A DNA stretch of 64,000 nucleotides from Nitrospirales bacterium (lineage in GTDB: Bacteria; Nitrospirota; Nitrospiria; Nitrospirales; UBA8639), in contig CBDCWC010000003.1 of the NCBI GenBank assembly GCA_965223295.1, positions 256,001 through 320,000 on the forward strand, read 5' to 3'. Below are positions 20,140-29,452 of the stretch, piece after piece (within the stretch, counting starts at the first letter, position 1; each line of letters begins with the position of its first letter). The translations under genes were made by a program, and so were the position numbers. A model generated the notes under the pieces. The model saw only the letters and a program-made list of their open reading frames with translations. It was not told the origin of the DNA and did no database searches.

Positions 20140-21351
20140 TCATTTCTGAGCAGTTAAATATTCTATGAATCGATTAGCAATTGTCGAGCGATCAAAATGT
20201 TGCACCGCAGCTTGACGCCCCTTCTCTCCAAGTTTTTCACGAAGATCTTTATTTGCGTATAATGTTAGAATTGCTTTGACTAATCCATCTGTATCTCCCG
20301 GAGGCACTACAATTCCAACTTGATGCTCTCGCACGATATCCGCAGCTTCCCCCTTTGCGACTAAGATCACGGGCCGTCCACATGCCATAGCCTCATACAA
20401 TTTTGAAGGAACTGCCCCAGAAATGTCTTTTTTCAAGGGAACGATTATCACAGCACTAGAAGAAAGCGCCCGGGGGATTTGATCAGATGATAGAGCAGCA
20501 AAGAAACGGACATTCGCAAGATTTTGCTGCCTAGCCAGAGCCACAAGCTTTTGCTTCTCCGGGCCGTCCCCAATAAGATGAAAGACAATATTGTCATCTG
20601 GCCTCAACACATTTGCACTTTCTAAGATCTGCTCTAAGCCCTGAGCCAGGCCATGAAGACCAGCATAGGTGACGAGAAACTTTTCTTGTTGATTTGCAGC
20701 ATTTGATACATCCTGATTACTCAACGCTTGAGGAAATCGTTGAGTATCTACACCATTGGAAAGATGGTACACTCGTCGATCTGGAAAGCGGCGCTTTATC
20801 GAATCAATGATACCTTTGGATTGGCCTGTAATAAGCCAGGCATTCCGATAGCACAATGACTCGAGCCAGACACTGACTCTATAAGCCATCCCGCTATTCC
20901 GTAGGACTCCCAGCTGTACAGCACTTTCCGGCCACAAATCAGAAACATTAAAAATCATTTTTGCCCGCTTTATTCGGCTTAACCAAATTCCGGTGAGACC
21001 CAAGAAAAGTGGTGGGCTCTCAACAAGCAAATAGTCGGTGCAACGAAGCTTGAAACTACCTAACACTGCTGATGAAAGTGCAAACGAAAAGTAATTTGTC
21101 AGTCTTGGTAGGAAAGCAGCTTTCTGTGTAGGATAAATGAACGTACGAAAAACATCCGCTCCTTCAAGAAGTTCTCGGCGAAATATACCCCCATATCCAG
21201 GGTGAATTTTTCCGGTTGGGTAGTTAGGCATTGCCGTAATAACGGCTACCGAGTGCCCGCTACGAATAATATGCGCAACAATTTCAGAAAGTCTCTTTTG
21301 AGGAGCACCTATTTCAGGAGGGTAATACTGTGTTAAGACGGTAATGTGCAC
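20140..21351 (-). CDS. Glycosyltransferase family 4 (WbuB-like)
   Basis: TQYYPPEIGA, MPNYP, VSDLWPES, VPSKLYEAMACG. Confidence 0.92.
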   Translation of the reverse strand: MHITVLTQYYPPEIGAPQKRLSEIVAHIIRSGHSVAVITAMPNYPTGKIHPGYGGIFRRELLEGADVFRTFIYPTQKAAFLPRLTNYFSFALSSAVLGSFKLRCTDYLLVESPPLFLGLTGIWLSRIKRAKMIFNVSDLWPESAVQLGVLRNSGMAYRVSVWLESLCYRNAWLITGQSKGIIDSIKRRFPDRRVYHLSNGVDTQRFPQALSNQDVSNAANQQEKFLVTYAGLHGLAQGLEQILESANVLRPDDNIVFHLIGDGPEKQKLVALARQQNLANVRFFAALSSDQIPRALSSSAVIIVPLKKDISGAVPSKLYEAMACGRPVILVAKGEAADIVREHQVGIVVPPGDTDGLVKAILTLYANKDLREKLGEKGRQAAVQHFDRSTIANRFIEYLTAQK

Positions 21352-21472
21352 GCCGAACTAAACTTGCCTATAGTCTTGGCCCATTGTCCAAACATCAAAA
21401 CCGGCAGGAGATCTTGGGGGCTAATAATGTTCTCTAACTGTGCTCAGCATATTCTCCAAATTGGCGTTGAAA

Positions 21473-22144
21473 TTATTCCGAACCCTGTCTTGAAGAGTCT
21501 TCTGTCGCCCCCTCACCGATCAAACACCAAACAAGGAATTTATTTTCCTCACTTATGATGCTTCCATTGATACCAACGTTTTGGAATACGTCCCAGGCAC
21601 CGTCGGGTCCATCGGCATTTGCTTTTGCCAACCAATAGAAGGCCAATTCAACATTTCTGGACGAGCGATAGGACTTAACATTCTTAAACGGAGAACCAAC
21701 TGTAAAAGGGGCCTGACCTCCTTGGTTGCTCGGTTCCAAGATACTGGATAACTCAGCAAATACTGGTATCCGCCAACCTTTCCTTCCACCAACAACTTTT
21801 GAGGCACAGTACGACATTGCCGAAGACCAATCTCTCCTCTCACCATCAGGAGAACGTTCCCACACAAGACCAGTTTTCTTGTCTAACACGGCTTTTCCAC
21901 CAAGTACGACAGTGAAGCGGCTCCTATGTCTTCGTGCTTGAGAAAAAGAATTTCTGAACGATCTTAGCTCAAAACCGTCGACTTGCGGCCCTAACGGATA
22001 CCTATCAGTGTTGACAATAGGCACCAGCTCTTGAACCGTATTCTGGGCCAATGCATCCACGGACAACATGACTCCCAACACCAATGCAGTGATCGTCCAT
22101 AGATACCGCCGCTCCGTCATTTGCTGGACTACCATGTGAAACAT
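21473..22144 (-). CDS. Secreted DUF1566 (Lcl C-terminal) domain protein
   Basis: Signal peptide; VLDKKTGLVWE, W..A..YC, GWRIP...EL, YW, VWC. Confidence 0.82.
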   Translation of the reverse strand: MFHMVVQQMTERRYLWTITALVLGVMLSVDALAQNTVQELVPIVNTDRYPLGPQVDGFELRSFRNSFSQARRHRSRFTVVLGGKAVLDKKTGLVWERSPDGERRDWSSAMSYCASKVVGGRKGWRIPVFAELSSILEPSNQGGQAPFTVGSPFKNVKSYRSSRNVELAFYWLAKANADGPDGAWDVFQNVGINGSIISEENKFLVWCLIGEGATEDSSRQGSE

Positions 22145-22233
22145 CGCTACACGCGTCCCTTATATTTTTAATTTGTATTGTAACAATTTTCTTCTTGTAT
22201 ATTCGAAGAATATTTAGAATTTTACCTTATTCT

Positions 22234-25200
22234 TCAAGGCACAGGATTATTCCTAAAGTAATCAACAGAAGCCGTAAAAGCTGGGGACTGAGTTGGATGG
22301 TTCCCCACATGTAGTCCTACTTCCGTTACAGCTAAATTATATATAAAGGAAGTTGCGGCAACCCAACTTTGCCCGTCGTCTGAATAGTCTAACGTCCACA
22401 GATCACCATTTCGATTCACCCTCAAGTAAAGTGGTGCGGTCAATGCCACGGACGTACTAGTTTTTACTGAAGCACTACTTCCACTCGCAATCGTAGCGGC
22501 AAAAATCTTCACATTCGTTCCATCATGATGAACCTCATATCGAAGCAACCTTTCATCAGTCTCTTGCACCACCAGCCCTTGAATTTCATAGCGAGTTGTC
22601 ACAGGCGAGTCAAACTTCGCCTCGATTTCAAAATCCGTGTTGCTGGCCCCTTGCAGAAGCCGGGGAGCATACATTTGTCCGGGCCAGAGATTGTGGGAAC
22701 TTCCTCCAGGAACTGCGACTTCCAGATGGGTACCTGTGAGCGCAAACGATGAATCATCAGACAATGGAGCACCTTCTAAGGGGTCAAAAAACCGCCAAAA
22801 GGAATTCAATGTCGTCGACGTAAACTCGTCCGAAAGAATAGTTGGTGTGTCCACAGCAATCATCACTTCATCAAAGGTACTTAACGCCGTATCGTCGGCT
22901 GTTAACCGCAGCACATACACCCCTGCCTGCGTAAAGCTCGCCGTCGTATCCACGGCCGTCGCATCCCCAAACGTCACCACGCCCGGCCCGCTCGTCATAC
23001 TCCACACCGTGGTCAAGGTCGGAGGCGTCGGGAGCCCATCATCTGCCACCGTCCCATCCAACGTCGCCACGTTCGGCAACGTCACCGCCTGGTCCGCCCC
23101 CGCAGCCACCGTCGGCGCTTGGTTCGTCGCGGCCACCGTCACTGTCAGCTCATCAAAGGTACTTAACGCCGTATCGTCGGCTGTTAACCGCAGCACATAC
23201 ACCCCTGCCTGCGTAAAGCTCGCCGTCGTATCCACGGCCGTCGCATCCCCAAACGTCACCACGCCCGGCCCGCTCGTCATACTCCACACCGTGGTCAAGG
23301 TCGGAGGCGTCGGGAGCCCATCATCTGCCACCGTCCCATCCAACGTCGCCACGTTCGGCAACGTCACCGCCTGGTCCGCCCCCGCAGCCACCGTCGGCGC
23401 TTGGTTCGTCGCGGCCACCGTCACTGTCAGCTCATCAAAGGTACTTAACGCCGTATCGTCGGCTGTTAACCGCAGCACATACACCCCTGCCTGCGTAAAG
23501 CTCGCCGTCGTATCCACGGCCGTCGCATCCCCAAACGTCACCACGCCCGGCCCGCTCGTCATACTCCACACCGTGGTCAAGGTCGGAGGCGTCGGGAGCC
23601 CATCATCTGCCACCGTCCCATCCAACGTCGCCACGTTCGGCAACGTCACCGCCTGGTCCGCCCCCGCAGCCACCGTCGGCGCTTGGTTCGTCGCGGCCAC
23701 CGTCACTGTCAGCTCATCAAAGGTACTTAACGCCGTATCGTCGGCTGTTAACCGCAGCACATACACCCCTGCCTGCGTAAAGCTCGCCGTCGTATCCACG
23801 GCCGTCGCATCCCCAAACGTCACCACGCCCGGCCCGCTCGTCATACTCCACACCGTGGTCAAGGTCGGAGGCGTCGGGAGCCCATCATCTGCCACCGTCC
23901 CATCCAACGTCGCCACGTTCGGCAACGTCACCGCCTGGTCCGCCCCCGCAGCCACCGTCGGCGCTTGGTTCGTGCTAGAGGCAGTATTTCTGAAATAATC
24001 GACCGAAGCCGTAAAAGCTGGGGACTGCGAAGGGTCAGCATGATGGTTCCCAGAAAAAATACCTACTCGGTTCACAACCATTGTGTGACTAAAGGAAGTG
24101 GCTGTTGTCCAACTCTGCCCATCATCTGAATAGTCGAGCGTCCACAGATCTCCAGACCGATTTACCCGTAGATAGTACGGTGCAGTCAACGCCACAGAAG
24201 CATTAGTTTTAATAGATGCATTCCCTCCATTGGTGATCGTAGTGGCAAAAATTCGGGCAGTTGATCCATTATGGTAGACATCGTAACGAATAAGCGTCTG
24301 ATTGGTTTCTTGTACCACTAACCCTTGAATTTGAAACCGTTCATTTACACTTGAGTCAAATTTTGCTTCGATTTCAAAATTCATATTGCTGGCATTTTGC
24401 AAAAGCCGAGGAGCAAAAAGATTAGGCGGGTATAGATCATGCGAAGATCCTCCCGGAACTGCAATCTCTAAGTGATCGCCTGTGAGGTTGAACGACGAAT
24501 CATCTGCAGACGACCCTCCAGCCAAGGGATCATAGAAACTCCAAAACGAATTCAGCGTAGGAGATGAGAATTCATCAGATTGAATTGCCGAACCGACGAT
24601 GATGTTCATTGTTGCTTCGTTAGACGTATCACCCTCCGTGTCAGCTATCGTATACGTAAAACTGTCAGATCCGATAAATCCAGTATTCGGGGTATAAGTA
24701 ATTTCTCCAGTTGTTGGATTTATGATCGTCGCCCCATTCTTTGTTCCACGAATCACTGTCACGGTAGCAGGATCTAAAGTCTGTCCATTAGCATCATCAT
24801 TGCTTAATACGTTCAACACTACTGGAGTATCACTGACTGTGGCGCCTGAATCATCGAAGGCTGCAGGAGTATCCCCGATAGCAATGAAATTTGTGGCTCC
24901 AAAGGTTACATTAGCCCTATAGGCAACGAAAAGAAGAGAGCCTATAGGTTGAGGAGGGTTATTCAATGCCTGAATAAGAGAACCAGAACTTTCTGGTTGC
25001 CCATCTTCCCACACTTTTAATGTATACAACACTCCCCCTGTGACAGCCTGTGTACGTGATCGGAAGTTATAGGTTACACCTGGAACTAAGGTGAACCCGC
25101 TATCATCGACCGCTAGACGAATCTCGCTAGTTCCTATCCAATTCGAAATTTCAAGCCGCTCTGGGCCGACGGCAGGACGCACACGATACCATGCCAACGC

Positions 25201-27432
25201 TCCCATCGGAGCACCAGTAAGTGGTTGGTTTGTAACTGAAGATTCGGTGGAGTGCCCTCTCCATCCATGCGCTAACCCAACCGCCGCGCTATTGGTGTGG
25301 GTAAAGTTTGTGATCGTGATCTGTGTCTCAACTTCATAGTTTTCCCAACTCGACATATCACCAATAGCAAGAAGACGATCGTAGCCAGGTTCGATAATGC
25401 GCACCGAATCTGCCTGGGCTGAATCTATACGCCATTTTCCATCCACGACTTGTGCTAAATTGAGTATCTCACTCGTGGTCGTTGCCTGTGTCCAATCGAT
25501 TGAATAGGGTAATGGCCACGTCACTCCAGGACTATAATTGACAGAAACATTCTTGGTGGTCACTTCCGAGTCCTGATCTATAGCCGTAAGTTTTACTGTG
25601 TTGTTACCCACTACAAAATCATCGGCATCAATGTCCGCGTTAAAATCCCCAGTTTCTTGAAGTCGAAAACCATCACTCCCAATAGAAAGGGGAACGGAGG
25701 GTCCACCATTTAGAGAATAGGTTAGTGCCAGCGAGGAGGTGGGACCATTTGGATCCGAAACATTACCCACAATATTTATCCATTCCTGAGCCCGTCCAAC
25801 GTGACCAAAATTCTGATTCGTAGAATGCCAAACATCTATAATAGGAGCTGTGCTACTCGTTGCTGTGACCATAACCGTCACAGTGGCCACATTTGACGTA
25901 TCTCCGTCTGTATCATCCACCGTATACGTAAAAACATCCATCCCGACAAAGCCCAGGTTAGGTGTATAAGAAACGGCTCCAGTCGTTTGATTAACAACTG
26001 TCGATCCATTCGGCGGATCACTTGCCACTACTGTGGTTACATCAATCGTCTGACCGTTAGCTTGATCATTAGCGAGCACCACAAAATTTCCCACTGGCGT
26101 GTCTTGTGAAGTACTTATTCCATCATCGACCGCAATAGGAGCCGCCATATTACTTGAAACCGTTGCAGTCACTGTCGCCGCATTCGAAGTATCCCCGTCG
26201 GTATCGTCCACCGTATATGTAAAGACATCTGTTCCAACAAAGCCTACATCAGGAGTATAGGTTATGGTGCCCGTAGAGACATTCACGACTGCCGTACCAT
26301 TGACTGGATCGCTTGCCGCCACCGTCGTCACATTAATGGTCTGCCCATTAAGTTGATCATTATTTAACACCGCCACCTCAACCCCTAGTGTGTCTTGCTG
26401 GGTGTTGACCGTATCATCTACGGCGATGGGAGCGGCCGAACTATTAGTTACTGTGACCGTAACCGTTGCAGCATTCGATGTGTCTCCCTCAGTATCATCT
26501 ACAATGTAAGTAAAAGAATCGACTCCTACAAAACCCACATCAGGGGTGTAAGTAAGATTTCCCGTAGTGGCATTTACGTCAACCGTTCCATTAGGCGGAT
26601 CATTTGCCACCACGGTCGTCACATCAATGGTCTGCCCATTAGCATTATCATTAGCTAGAACATCTATCTCCTCCGGAGTATCCTGTTGAGTAGCGACCGA
26701 GTCATCAACGGCAATGGGAGAGACCAAGCCCGTATTCCGAAAATAATCGACTGAAGCCGTGAAGGCTGGGGATTGCGTGGGATGATTGCCTGTATGTATC
26801 CCAACCTCAGTAACGATAAGATTATGTGTGAAGGAAGTTGCCGTCACCCAGCTTTGCCCATCGCCTGAGTAATCAAGAGTCCAGACACTGCCACTTCGAT
26901 TTACCCGAAGATAGTACGGCGCAGGCAAGGATATGGGAGCGTTGGTTTTTATAGAGGCACTGCTGCCATTTGTGATCGTCGCGGCAAAGATTTTGACGTT
27001 TGCCCCATCGTGGTGAATCTCATACCGAAGCAAGGTTTCATCGGTTTCTTGTACGACCACTCCCTGAATTTCGTATCTGGTTGTCACTGGAGAATCAAAT
27101 TTGGCTTCGATCTCTAAATCAGTATCACTCGCCGCTTGGAGGACCCGTGGAGCCCACATCTGCCCGGGCCAGAGATTATGCGAACTTCCCCCTGGCACCG
27201 CGATTTCCAGATGAGTACCTGAGAGTGCAAACGACGAATCATCAGACGACGGAGCATTAGCTAGAGGATCGTAAAACCGCCAAAAGGAGTTTAGCGTTGG
27301 CGATGTAAATTCATCGGAGAGTATAATATTGCCAGCTGCTCCGCTGAATGACAGCTGTACAATAATAGAAACGAAACAAAGTAACAGCAGACCTGACCAT
27401 AAGAAAAAACTGTGTCCTGCATGTTTAGACAT
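22234..27432 (-). CDS. Giant secreted multidomain protein: 3 ConA/DUF1349-like lectin domains, 4 Ig-like (Big_9-type) repeats, 4 identical PKD-like repeats
   Basis: Signal-like N-terminus; three SDEF...FTASVDYFRN domains; AVDD...FTY.VDD..GDTSN repeats; NQAPTVAAGADQ...LRLTADD repeats. Confidence 0.88.
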   Translation of the reverse strand: MSKHAGHSFFLWSGLLLLCFVSIIVQLSFSGAAGNIILSDEFTSPTLNSFWRFYDPLANAPSSDDSSFALSGTHLEIAVPGGSSHNLWPGQMWAPRVLQAASDTDLEIEAKFDSPVTTRYEIQGVVVQETDETLLRYEIHHDGANVKIFAATITNGSSASIKTNAPISLPAPYYLRVNRSGSVWTLDYSGDGQSWVTATSFTHNLIVTEVGIHTGNHPTQSPAFTASVDYFRNTGLVSPIAVDDSVATQQDTPEEIDVLANDNANGQTIDVTTVVANDPPNGTVDVNATTGNLTYTPDVGFVGVDSFTYIVDDTEGDTSNAATVTVTVTNSSAAPIAVDDTVNTQQDTLGVEVAVLNNDQLNGQTINVTTVAASDPVNGTAVVNVSTGTITYTPDVGFVGTDVFTYTVDDTDGDTSNAATVTATVSSNMAAPIAVDDGISTSQDTPVGNFVVLANDQANGQTIDVTTVVASDPPNGSTVVNQTTGAVSYTPNLGFVGMDVFTYTVDDTDGDTSNVATVTVMVTATSSTAPIIDVWHSTNQNFGHVGRAQEWINIVGNVSDPNGPTSSLALTYSLNGGPSVPLSIGSDGFRLQETGDFNADIDADDFVVGNNTVKLTAIDQDSEVTTKNVSVNYSPGVTWPLPYSIDWTQATTTSEILNLAQVVDGKWRIDSAQADSVRIIEPGYDRLLAIGDMSSWENYEVETQITITNFTHTNSAAVGLAHGWRGHSTESSVTNQPLTGAPMGALAWYRVRPAVGPERLEISNWIGTSEIRLAVDDSGFTLVPGVTYNFRSRTQAVTGGVLYTLKVWEDGQPESSGSLIQALNNPPQPIGSLLFVAYRANVTFGATNFIAIGDTPAAFDDSGATVSDTPVVLNVLSNDDANGQTLDPATVTVIRGTKNGATIINPTTGEITYTPNTGFIGSDSFTYTIADTEGDTSNEATMNIIVGSAIQSDEFSSPTLNSFWSFYDPLAGGSSADDSSFNLTGDHLEIAVPGGSSHDLYPPNLFAPRLLQNASNMNFEIEAKFDSSVNERFQIQGLVVQETNQTLIRYDVYHNGSTARIFATTITNGGNASIKTNASVALTAPYYLRVNRSGDLWTLDYSDDGQSWTTATSFSHTMVVNRVGIFSGNHHADPSQSPAFTASVDYFRNTASSTNQAPTVAAGADQAVTLPNVATLDGTVADDGLPTPPTLTTVWSMTSGPGVVTFGDATAVDTTASFTQAGVYVLRLTADDTALSTFDELTVTVAATNQAPTVAAGADQAVTLPNVATLDGTVADDGLPTPPTLTTVWSMTSGPGVVTFGDATAVDTTASFTQAGVYVLRLTADDTALSTFDELTVTVAATNQAPTVAAGADQAVTLPNVATLDGTVADDGLPTPPTLTTVWSMTSGPGVVTFGDATAVDTTASFTQAGVYVLRLTADDTALSTFDELTVTVAATNQAPTVAAGADQAVTLPNVATLDGTVADDGLPTPPTLTTVWSMTSGPGVVTFGDATAVDTTASFTQAGVYVLRLTADDTALSTFDEVMIAVDTPTILSDEFTSTTLNSFWRFFDPLEGAPLSDDSSFALTGTHLEVAVPGGSSHNLWPGQMYAPRLLQGASNTDFEIEAKFDSPVTTRYEIQGLVVQETDERLLRYEVHHDGTNVKIFAATIASGSSASVKTSTSVALTAPLYLRVNRNGDLWTLDYSDDGQSWVAATSFIYNLAVTEVGLHVGNHPTQSPAFTASVDYFRNNPVP
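22868..23973. repeat. Tandem repeat, 282-bp unit x ~3.9, apparently identical copies
   Basis: TCATCAAAGGTACTTAACGCC recurs at 22868, 23150, 23432 and 23714 (period 282 bp = 94 aa). Confidence 0.97.
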
Positions 27433-27753
27433 CAGACAGCTGCTCCTACTCTGGAAAAAGCTATCTCATTTAAGAGATAAACTGTATCACCTGACACACT
27501 ATATACAACAAAATTGCTAAAAAACAACGTTCCGAAAAACCGCAAAAAAGAGTTCACTGTTGTTTGTCTTATTGATTCTCTGACTTTTCTGCACTTATCC
27601 ATAGATGCTCTTACATAATCTTACATAAATGGTCTTTCTATAGAACTAAATCACCATGATAATGCTCATTCAGATACCAGCAAAATACGCGCCATATTCC
27701 CATTCTTCATTATATGAAGGGAACAACAAGAATAGAGCTTTTAATTTCAGCAC

Positions 27754-27838
27754 ACTTCACACCTGCCACGATGCCCTCCTTGAAAATATGCCCCAGCCTG
27801 TAACATAGGTGTCGGAGCGGTTTAAAGGGGGCAGGTCA
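27754..27838 (-). mobile_element. Degenerate left-end remnant of the IS3 family seen at 12679..13898
   Basis: ACTTCACACCTGCCACGATGCCCTCCT...AGCCTGTAACATAGG..TCGGAGC.GTTTAAAGGGGGCAGGTCA aligns with 13814-13898; orfA start decayed ATG>GTG. Confidence 0.85.
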
Positions 27839-28300
27839 GAACTTCAAATAATCTATTCAAAATATTGTCATTTTTTTTTACACCTTCTCACACTCTCACA
27901 CATTCATTTTTTCTGGTTTTTTTATATATTTAATGTTTCGTTACCCCCTATGAACCGTAGGTATACTTTACAATTCGATGAATGTTTTAATAATTTTATG
28001 TTCTTCGAAATCAGAAGACCAGAAGACGAAACGCAGCACACCCATAAAATATGAAACTTGTTCTACATTTAGATACAACTTATATCCTTTTAGATACATT
28101 TTTAGTTGTTCTAATGTGCATATCTCACGACTGTTAATAATCTTTTTTGAAACGATGACGAAAATTGTTGATATGAGTCATTCTTTGATACCCTTGACAG
28201 TCATGGTCTTAAAATTGCTTACTCAAACTCAAAGATAACAGATTCTATAGATCCCAGCGGGTTGCTTTCGTAATTTCTAGGTTAGGTGCGAACTTTGAAT

Positions 28301-29452
28301 ATGTTTTTGCCATTTCACGTCCCTGATATTGGGGACGAAGAAATCTGTTCGGTTGTTGAAACCCTCCGTTCTGGTTGGTTAACCACAGGATCAAAGGTCA
28401 AGCAGTTTGAGAGAGAATTTGCTGAACAGCTAGGAGTGAGCAATGCCGTGGCAGTCAATTCTTGCACAGCTGCTTTACATCTTGCCTTAGAAGCTATAGG
28501 CCTCAGCGAAGGAGACGAAGTCATCATTCCAACAATGACGTTCGCTGCAACGGCAGAGGTCGTACACTATTTTAAAGCCAAACCCGTGTTGGTGGATTGT
28601 CGAAAAGACACGCTTAATCTGAATGTTGAGCTAATTGAACGCGCAATAACCCCTAAGACCAAAGCGATTATCCCAGTTCATTTTGCTGGGCAACCCTGTG
28701 CCATGGATCAAATCCTGGCCATAGCTCATTCTCACCACCTTAAAGTCATTGAAGATGCTGCCCATGCCCTTCCCGCCAGGTATCAAGGAAAAAGGGTTGG
28801 AACCTTAGGAGATATCACCTGCTTTTCTTTTTATGCCACAAAAACGATGACCACAGGAGAAGGTGGCATGGCTACCACTGAGAATCCGGAATGGGCTCAA
28901 CGGATGCGCATGTTGAGTCTTCACGGCATTTCACAGGATGCATGGAAACGCTACACCCCAGGAGGTTCTTGGTATTACGAAATCCGCCACCCTGGGTACA
29001 AATATAATCTAACCGATATTGCCGCAGCCTTGGGTATTCCACAACTCCGGAAATGCAACGAATTTAAGAGCACTCGGCAGCATATCGCCTCCCTCTACAA
29101 TGAGGGATTCAGTCGGGTACCTGAAATCACAACGCCGCATGTGGACAAAAACATCGACCATGCCTGGCACCTGTATGTCATTCAGTTGAATCTCGAACAA
29201 TTGAGAATCGGGCGAAATGAATTTATGGATCAATTAAAGAAACATGGAATAGGGACCAGCGTTCACTTCATTCCCTTACATCTTCATCCTTATTATCGAG
29301 ATACCTTTGGCTATTTGCCAGAAAACTTTCCCGAAGCCAGCGCAGTGTTCGAACGTATTCTTTCTCTCCCGATCTACCCTAAAATGAGTGACGAAGATGT
29401 TCGCCATGTCATTCAAACAGTTTCTACCCTCATTAAAGAGTATCGCCGATGA
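28301..29452 (+). CDS. DegT/DnrJ/EryC1/StrS sugar aminotransferase
   Basis: SGWLTTG, NSCTAALHLAL, IEDAAHA, FSFYATKTMTTGEGGM (PLP lysine). Alternative GTG start at 28286. Confidence 0.95.
   Translation: MFLPFHVPDIGDEEICSVVETLRSGWLTTGSKVKQFEREFAEQLGVSNAVAVNSCTAALHLALEAIGLSEGDEVIIPTMTFAATAEVVHYFKAKPVLVDCRKDTLNLNVELIERAITPKTKAIIPVHFAGQPCAMDQILAIAHSHHLKVIEDAAHALPARYQGKRVGTLGDITCFSFYATKTMTTGEGGMATTENPEWAQRMRMLSLHGISQDAWKRYTPGGSWYYEIRHPGYKYNLTDIAAALGIPQLRKCNEFKSTRQHIASLYNEGFSRVPEITTPHVDKNIDHAWHLYVIQLNLEQLRIGRNEFMDQLKKHGIGTSVHFIPLHLHPYYRDTFGYLPENFPEASAVFERILSLPIYPKMSDEDVRHVIQTVSTLIKEYRR

Noticed and set aside
21473-22144. DUF1566 gene as a diversity-generating retroelement target
   Set aside because: No template repeat or reverse transcriptase in the window.
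22200-22250. C-terminal NPVP of the giant protein as a broken PEP-CTERM signal
   Set aside because: No TM helix or basic tail is apparent after the stop; no exosortase in the window.
22868-23973. Possible CRISPR array
   Set aside because: Contiguous 282-bp coding units without spacers; no cas operon.
22637-23998. 453-aa plus-strand ORF
   Set aside because: Antisense shadow of the GC-rich tandem repeat in the giant gene.
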